This document shows positions 56,301 through 64,000 of a stretch of 64,000 bases of DNA, in pieces. This DNA is from the human T2T-CHM13v2.0 reference genome, Homo sapiens. Position 1 is the stretch's first letter, and the number at the start of each line of letters is the position of its first letter. The position numbers and the translations under genes were made by a program. Under the pieces are notes generated by a model. The model was not told the DNA's origin. It did not search any database and saw only the letters and a program-made list of their open reading frames with translations. Location of the stretch: NCBI RefSeq assembly GCF_009914755.1, contig NC_060933.1. One strand, 5' to 3'.

Positions 56301-57095
56301 TAACACCTGAGGGGTGGGGACGGGGCTTCTTATTTCTTCTAGGTAGGAGTGGGTGTTTTGTCTCCTATGTGGTATTTACAGAGACTGCTGTGAGAGTGGC
56401 CCTATTAACAACAGGAGATGGGAAAATATTTAGGTCTCTTCTAGGCCCCCTGTGATACCACCTGAGTGGGGAGGTAGCCATGTGCCTTGTTACTAACAGA
56501 TGAGGGTTAAAGTCCAGGCACTGAAGGTGGTCTCCACTGTCACCATGGTGGGGATGGGTTGTTACCAGCTGGTAGTGATCAAAGTCTTGACTTTCTGCTT
56601 GGCCTCTGAAACTGTCCTAGTAGGGGTGTTAAGGCTTATTGTGAAAGCCTTGCAAGGGTGGTTGTCTTCTCATTTGGCCTTTGTTAGTACAGATGAAAGA
56701 TGGGACTACAGTTGTTTTTGTTTTTTACCCTGTGATGTTTGGCTGGTATAGAGTAATTATTGTCTCAAAGTTTTCTGTCTTGTTAGGATGTCCCTTTCTT
56801 GGTCTTTTGGCTGGAACCAGCAGGTTTTCATTGAGTCTTTCATTTTGTCTGCTTCCTTTGACATTTCTGGGTTGATAGCTTCTTCTGCTTCAAGTCCTGG
56901 ATATATGGGACAAAGAAAAGCAAACCCAGGGAACTCACCACCATGTTGTTACTCAGGCGCTGAGTAACAGTTTACCTTGTCTCCAACTTTCACAGTCTTC
57001 TTATGTTTGTTTTATGTGTAATTTCCAGGGTTTTTAGTTGTGCTTGGTAGAAGATATGGGCCAAAGTATACCTACTATATCTTCCTAGAAGTGAG
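53340..57095 (-). mobile_element. Old L1 (L1MC/MD-type) 5' half: 5'UTR, ORF1 and ORF2 endonuclease relics
   Basis: ORF 53686..53994 (KISKDTEKLNNT..LID..RTQHPKTTEYAFFSSAHETYT.IEYALGHKTNLNK) is the L1 endonuclease C-part. ORF 55344..55598 (ELRNKITKINSSMDGLKNRI..IIELEDR) is the ORF1 coiled coil. 5'-end-like tatcttcctagaagt near 57090. Confidence 0.85.
55634..55955. mobile_element. MER2 (Tigger-derived MITE) inserted in the L1
   Basis: tcccttggtattcatgagggattgattccaggacc...aaaatggtatagtatttgcatataacct...tctctagattacttataatacctaatacagtgtaaatgct. Confidence 0.85.
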
Positions 57096-58080
57096 CATTT
57101 CTGAAACTCTGGCAAACATTTTTTTTCATCGTCCTATAGTTCATATAGAATCTTGGACTAATTTTTGAAAAAGTTTTTTTTCAATAATTCTTCCTCATTT
57201 ATTTTGAAAGCTCAGTGTTTTCAGATGGAAGGATACAGCTTTCTTGAACAATGGTAGTAGTATTGTGATGTACCACCTTCAACTCACAGTTTCCTTAAAA
57301 GAGATACCTCTTGATTAAAACCACTGATGAGTGGAGGTGTTGATGTGGTAGAATCAATGTCATGGCCAGCCTAACAGGCTGGGATTAGATCCTGAAATGT
57401 ATTCAAAGATATTTTTATAAGCATATTTATTGTATTGGTTTCAAAATAATGGAATCTTTAAGTTTCAAGGAACTTTGGCAATTGTCTAACTGGATGTCCC
57501 ACTTATTTTACATCCTGGGCAGGTGAAGATTCATGTATTGCTTGGACACTTTAGAGTATTCTTTTGTCATCCATATGAGTAACAAGGACCTACAGGAATC
57601 AGGTAGGTCAAAGTGGTTAGGTGGGAATAGTTGCAGATTGGTCTGGGATAAAGAATATGCAATGGTAATCCACACACAGGTGAAGACCATGTAATCTAAT
57701 AGCTATAGATATGATTGGTAATACTTTATACACCGTTTACTATTTTACTATTCAATTATTTGTATGTTACACAATGATTTGTTGGCTAGTGGCCTGAATA
57801 TACTGTAACTCCGTTCACCAATGTTGCCTACCTTCTTCTTCATATTTTTTAATACTCACAGTTGACGGTAATGAAACATCAAGTATATTACATAGAAACA
57901 GCTGGCATACTATATAATTAATTATATGACTTACTGGGGGATAATTCTTGCCAACAGTGACCTGATAGAAAAGTTGAGGACTTTAATGTAATATTAATGT
58001 AGTATTAAATAGTCATGCTTGTTTAAATAAGGTGAACAAAAAATGGCATACTAGAATCATTATAAATCAGCCACTACTAA

Positions 58081-58430
<350 letters not shown>

Positions 58431-58725
58431 TAACTCTCTCTGAATTGAGGTGAATTAGTGGGTATGTTCAGCTGGACTAGATTAAAATGTAGCGACTGGA
58501 GTCTAAGACATAGGTACTATTCTCCGTCTTCTTGACTCCACCTAACTCAGATCTGGAGTCCTGCAACTAAGATTTATTCACTTGAGAGCTCTGCAGGGGT
58601 AAACAGAAGACTTTTCCCACTTCTTTTCTTAATATATTTTATGATGAGTGAGATTGGCTGCATGACTCAAAGATGGAAATAGGCAAAAAAAAAGTTATTA
58701 GTACTACATGAAATTAAATTATTGT

Positions 58726-58858
58726 TAGGGTGACTAGGCATACCTCACGGTTCATGGAGACAGTTCCAGTTTACAACTGTTGTCTTGGCAAATTATTAAT
58801 AGTGTCCTTTCCACTCTCAACGTTCCTGGTTTAGAGAATAAATTTTATGGTCACCCTA
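58726..58858 (+). mobile_element. MER94-like hAT-Blackjack MITE with intact TIRs
   Basis: TIRs TAGGGTGAC...GTCACCCTA; 8-bp TSD attattgt/gttattat (2 mismatches). Confidence 0.85.
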
Positions 58859-59156
58859 GTTATTATACTTTGTTGGTGTGTTTTTTGTGTGTGTTTTGTG
58901 TTTGGTTTTGACAGCCACAGATCCCATGAAAAACATTCAACATTTGGATAATGAGACTTATAATGAGCTTCTCATCATTCTAGCACTGATGTGTACCATG
59001 AGATGCAAAAAAAAATATCTGCTTTAATCTTTTGGCTGGTATGTGGAATGAGAAGAGTTTGTAAAGCACATTTATAGATGAAGAGTCACTAGAATCTATC
59101 TCTCCTACTAACTAAATGAAATGGAAGACAGGCTAATACCAGAATTTATTTACTAC

Positions 59157-59690
59157 CAGTATTCTTAACTAGTTCATTGGTGTCGTTAACCCATTTAACA
59201 GTCTACAGAGCCCATGGAGCCCTTTTAAAAATAGAGCTATAAATATACGTAGGAAAATATATAGGACTTCAAAGGAAATCAATTATACCGAAATGCCATT
59301 ATGAATATTAAAATTGTGTGATATAGTAATAATGTGTGTCCTTCTCTATGTATCTAATAGCAAAATCTAATAGCAACTTTAATAACAGCTATAATTTGAA
59401 AGAAGAGATAACATAACATAAAATAACATAAATGATGAGATATCTAGAATAACTGTAATGTGATGTGAGAACACCTGTAGTATGTATTTGTGACAAAGTC
59501 ACAGATAGTGACAAAGCCAGTGTACTTTGTGGTCTACATTCATAACTGAATGAAATGTTAAATTGCAGCCGGAGAGTAGTGAAAATGAAAATGTATTGCT
59601 TTTCTACTCAAATTCTCAGACCCTCTGAATTATGTCAAAGAACCTCTGGGTGGGTGGGGTGTCTATGAGTCTCAGAGTAAGTATCCCTAC
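59157..59690 (+). mobile_element. MER113-like hAT-Charlie element
   Basis: aaaatatataggacttcaaaggaaatcaattata...tgtgatatagtaata...aactgtaatgtgatgtga...gtgacaaagtcacag...tacattcataactgaa. Confidence 0.65.
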
Positions 59691-61554
59691 TCTAAAATAA
59701 TAGTAACTGAATTTGAGAAACGTAGATCATTTTTTATACATTTTAAAGGCTGTCACAGCAAAACAGCCCAAATAAAGTAGAAGCATGCCTCTCGATAGAG
59801 TATATAAAATCAGATAGTGTTATTTAAAAAAAGCTTTTCTTCATATGCATTCAAATTTACAAATTTATGTTTTTATATCACATACATTGCAGCTTATGTA
59901 AAATGTCCTCCACTTCTATACAGAGCTATGATCTCAGCAAAAGAAAATATATAAGGCCATCCTCTTTTCATTTTACTCAATGACGCTATTCTTTCCATTT
60001 ATATCTCATTGGATTCACAAACTTGACAGACCTTCTATTGTCACGTGGTAACAGATTACATCATTCAGCTAATCATTTTGGTCATTTATTGGATCAATGG
60101 TTCATAGAGGTTTGTTTATAAACTTATGTATATTTTTCCCCATTCTCAGAGTCAGGGTTACCCCTAGAGTGAATACTAGCCACACTGCTCAGCACTAGAG
60201 GGGTATGTTCTCAAGTTCCTGAAGAACCAGAAGTAGCAAGGGTAGATATTCTATGTTACCAAAAGAAGAGAGCCTCTGGTCCACATTAAATGTGGAATTA
60301 AAAATGTAAGGCAAAGTATCTGGACGAATGCAATTATAGGTTGGAAAGTGAAGCCTAATGCAGGAACCAGGACAGGCTCCATGCTTGATAACAAATGTGG
60401 CTGCAGGTATACAGGGTTCATCATGATTGGTTCCTAAAGACAGTGGTTCCAGGATCCAGTACTATTTCAAGCCAGACTTGTACAAGTCTTTCATATCAGT
60501 TTTCTGTATCCAAAATGATCATTAGCAGGTCCATGTTCTTGCCTTTCTCTTTGGAATGTGTTCATTCCTTAATGGGACAGCTGCAGGTGGGTGGGAATTC
60601 AGCAAAATAAGTGAAACAACATCAGGATTCCTTCCCATTTGCCTCCCTTTTTCCAAGTCTGCCCTGCTTTTAGGTTTGCTTGTAAATCTGATCCTCTTTG
60701 ATGCTAGAATGAGACTGGGAAAAATCTGGCCAGGGCATGAACTCTATAACTGTGCATCATTTCAAATGGTTCATCTTCCCTCCCACCCCAGCATAAACAG
60801 AAGACATTGTTCACTGCTTTGGCTGCCCAGCCTACCACTGTGAGGTCCGGATACACCTCCAAATTATTCTCTTTGTGGCTAGCCACTCCCTGGTCCAGAC
60901 CCAGGCTCCATTCCCAGAGAAAAAAGAAAGAAAGTCATTTTGGGGCTCAGGATGTGGAAGTATGAGGATGTGAGAGTGAGTAAGAGCATGAGGGTGGGTA
61001 CAAAGGCTCGCAGTTAAATCATTGCAATCAGCCATCTCTGCCATGACACACAGCTCCTTTGTAAGTTTCTCCAAAGGCTTCTTATTTGACTGTTCTCCCT
61101 CACCACATGCATCAAAAAAAGACAGGAATGACGATAAAAAAGGTGCTATCATAAGGCGTTTCTGCCATAAGTGAAAAGGCAGAGAAATCACCTTGCATAT
61201 TCTGTGGTGCCAGGAGACGTTGCTTTCAGTAGCCAAGGCAGGAAAAGACGGCAAAGGGGCTGCAGGTAGCACGAGGCCAGGCATATCAGGGGTGAGGAGA
61301 CATGCTCCTTCTGCCACTGCTGCAGAGAGAGGGAAGGGCCCCACCCAGTGTCTACCTTTTGCTTCCTTGGGCTTGGGGACAATGTGGGAAGGCAAAAGGA
61401 GAAGCAAAGTAGTGAAGTGGGGCAGCCCAGAGGGAGGGCTAAAAGCAATTCCCAGCTGCCGATAGATTTCAGTTCATCATTGTTGATTTTGGACTAAAAC
61501 CTTCTTTCCAGCCAAGCAGGCAAGCAGAAGTGAATTTATCAGATGTGATTTTTA

Positions 61555-62680
61555 TCAGAACCCACCGTATGTGGCGGCCGGCAGTCACCACGGGACCCCG
61601 GAGCCTGTGATTGGCTCTGACACATCCGACCGAAAGGGCTCTTATTCCAAGAATGATCTTCTTTTTTAGATGGTATTGAGTTGGGACTGATTTTGATAGC
61701 CAGTTTCAGTCAAGAATCATAAAGTTATTGCACATTTAAAACTGTCGGTATGAGAATCATTCTCTCCCTCTTTTCTCTCTCATCATTTCGCTGGGCTGCA
61801 AGGTTACAGAAAGGTCTAATCAATTGTCAAACTCTCTTTTATCACCGAGAAGGTGGTAAGAAAAAAAAAAAAAAAAAACACCTCTAACTGCCCTACTGTA
61901 GGGGGTTCTTTCACTACACAGCACCCTTTTCCACATACAATGCTGCCGTGATTAATGTCCTCCCACCTCAGACCTTGTTAAAACCTGTTCTCTCAAGCAG
62001 CCAGTGGAGCACAGTGAGAGGAGGGCCGAGGTTGCATAAATCAACGTGTTCTCACAGCCCCCAGGATATCCATTATAGATGCCAGCTGGATGGCTGGAAG
62101 ATAGAGAAAAATGAATATTGTATCCTGTGGCCTTTTGCCTCTAATGACCACTTTTCAACATTTTTGAAGGCATGATTAAATTTTGATAACTGGGGAAGTC
62201 ACTCTGAGCAGGCTGAAATAGAGATAAATTGACGGAGGGTCTGACATCTCAGTGGAGAGCAGGCAACTAATTAGTGTGTGAAGCGCACTCTGAAAGAGAT
62301 GTAAAAGGGAGGCAGGTTTAATCAGAGGAGCTGCTGAGGTACAGGAATAGTCAGAGATAATTGCGGCCTAGGTAGAAATCACAGGCTCAATGAGCGGCTT
62401 TTTCTGTCTGCTTGATTGGCAGCCGCTGACCTAGTGGCCGGCACCCTTGAACCCTTACAACAGCAACGGCCTTGTCAAAGCAATTTGCTTGCCGCTCTCC
62501 GTGACCAGTTATTTCAGCGGCAGAGCTGGGACACCCCGCTGGAGAGGGCACTCCGCTCGCCTGGCTGGCAGGGAGCTGGGCGGAACAGCCTCGTTATTTC
62601 TGATGACTTTACTTTTGAACCCAGTCGCCCTTTCTTGCTCCCCAACTCTCCATAGCCCACTCACACAGAGGCGTGCTCCC
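61555..62680. promoter_or_regulatory. Candidate conserved enhancer with two CpG-retaining GC-rich cores
   Basis: Transposon-free. CpG clusters at 61565-61633 and 62360-62620; TGATTGGC boxes, TAATTA and TGACA/TGTCA motifs. Confidence 0.45.
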
Positions 62681-64000
62681 GGGAGGGACAGCTTCTACAA
62701 AGACACAGTGTCAGGGCAATTTGGTTGTTCATTTGAGGAGTGGGGATTTCGGGTCACGAGGTGATGTGCCTATGGGAATTAGGTGGAAGAGGAGGGCCAG
62801 GCAGGGCAGAGGCCAAACCACAGGAGGATTGGCTGCTCCTGGCAATGGCTCTCTATAGTTGCCTGTGTTTCATGCCACAGGCAAGCCAGGCAAAGCTCGT
62901 GTGGGTACCAGGGTTTTCCCTGATGTATGGGAGCTCAGAGGAGGCCAATTGGACCCTCTTTCTTCTCCCCATCCCAACATCTTTTCCTGACTGGCTAGAA
63001 GGAATGTGCCCTCAGGCTAGAGCACAAGTGCATTCATTCCATCTTGTTTGATTAACTATGTGGCATTTTGTTGATTGTAGAGAGTTTTTGGACTTAAAAT
63101 TGTGGTTAGGGAGATAAGCTTTTCTATCTCTAAAAGCTGCATTAGCAACTAACATATGACTTTTTCCCTTTATTGTATTGTTTTTGGGGAAAATAAGGCT
63201 AGATGGAAGGGAGAAAGATTGTAGAGAGATGGGTCAGAAGCAGCCAGGAGACTGGTGTATAGGGTTTGTTCTTTTAAAGAAGGTAAATTAGTGTTTCTGC
63301 TCCTCCACCTCTTCCTCCTTCTATACCTGGAGCTTACCTTCTCTTTTTAAACTTATCAGCCACCTGCACCTGGAATAATACCAAAACCTAGAATACCTGA
63401 TGTGTTTTATGTTTATAGCTATAACTTAAAGTTTAAGAGAAGCCTAAATGTAGCCATACTTTTTTTCTATTTGTTTTGTTTCTTTTTTTAATAATATGGC
63501 ATTTTCCCCCCATATAAGAATGAGGCCTTGTTACTCATAGGACTTAAGTACATGCTTTCAGTGCCCTGGTCCTTCCATGTTTGCTATGTGGCTTGGCCAA
63601 AGGAAGCTTCTGTGGCTTGTACCACATGTATACTACCTGCCTGGTGAAAATGGATATTGCCTCAAATTCTTGCCCATTTCCTTGAACACACCTACTTTCC
63701 ACTATAGAGTGTGTTCGATGTAGAGGATACACTGTTCTAACTTATGAGGCCTCCTTCCCAAACCCATTGTTCTCAGAGACTGGCTGCTCTAAGTGAAGAC
63801 TGGGAATATTCTCCAGTTGCCTGGCCTAAGAGTTCCTCGGGAAGCTGAAAGGTTAGGGACATAGGTACCTGTATCCAAAAGTGGCCCGGGCTTCAGACGG
63901 GCCTAATCCCTGGGAGATGGGCATCTGCTGTTTTCAACATTGTACTCCCCTTGAGTACAATAATAATAGCAAAACAATTTACTTTTCCTCCCTTCTCCGT

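Noticed and set aside
60832-61407. Longest ORF (191 aa, minus strand)
   Set aside because: Non-ATG start, no recognisable domain or exon structure; length is attainable by chance in 64 kb.

Overview
Primate genomic DNA (AluY present, so catarrhine, probably human or ape), about 40% GC. I found no recognisable host protein-coding exon, RNA gene or prokaryotic-type system. Every ORF I can recognise is an Alu, L1 or microsatellite translation; the rest are short and unrecognisable. The window is a mosaic of 13 Alus, L1 relics that all lie on the minus strand, MaLR/ERV solo LTRs, hAT and Tigger DNA-transposon fossils, MIR/L2 relics and microsatellites. Two repeat-poor, regulatory-looking blocks sit at about 15.9-19.6 kb and 60.7-63 kb. 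The uniform antisense L1 orientation suggests a long intron of a plus-strand transcription unit, which I cannot name. The most unusual structure is a 213-bp, 96%-identical inverted duplication of apparently unique sequence (22999-23211 / 23613-23825). Its left copy sits inside a palindromic microsatellite within an old L1, which looks like a local template-switch insertion able to form a long non-Alu hairpin. Also notable: a TSD-flanked L1MA that keeps both ends but has lost ORF1 and the 5' part of ORF2 and carries a 38-bp VNTR, and a 59-bp Z-DNA-prone tract. Repeat family names come from my recollection of consensus sequences and need RepeatMasker/Dfam confirmation; boundaries of old elements are approximate.
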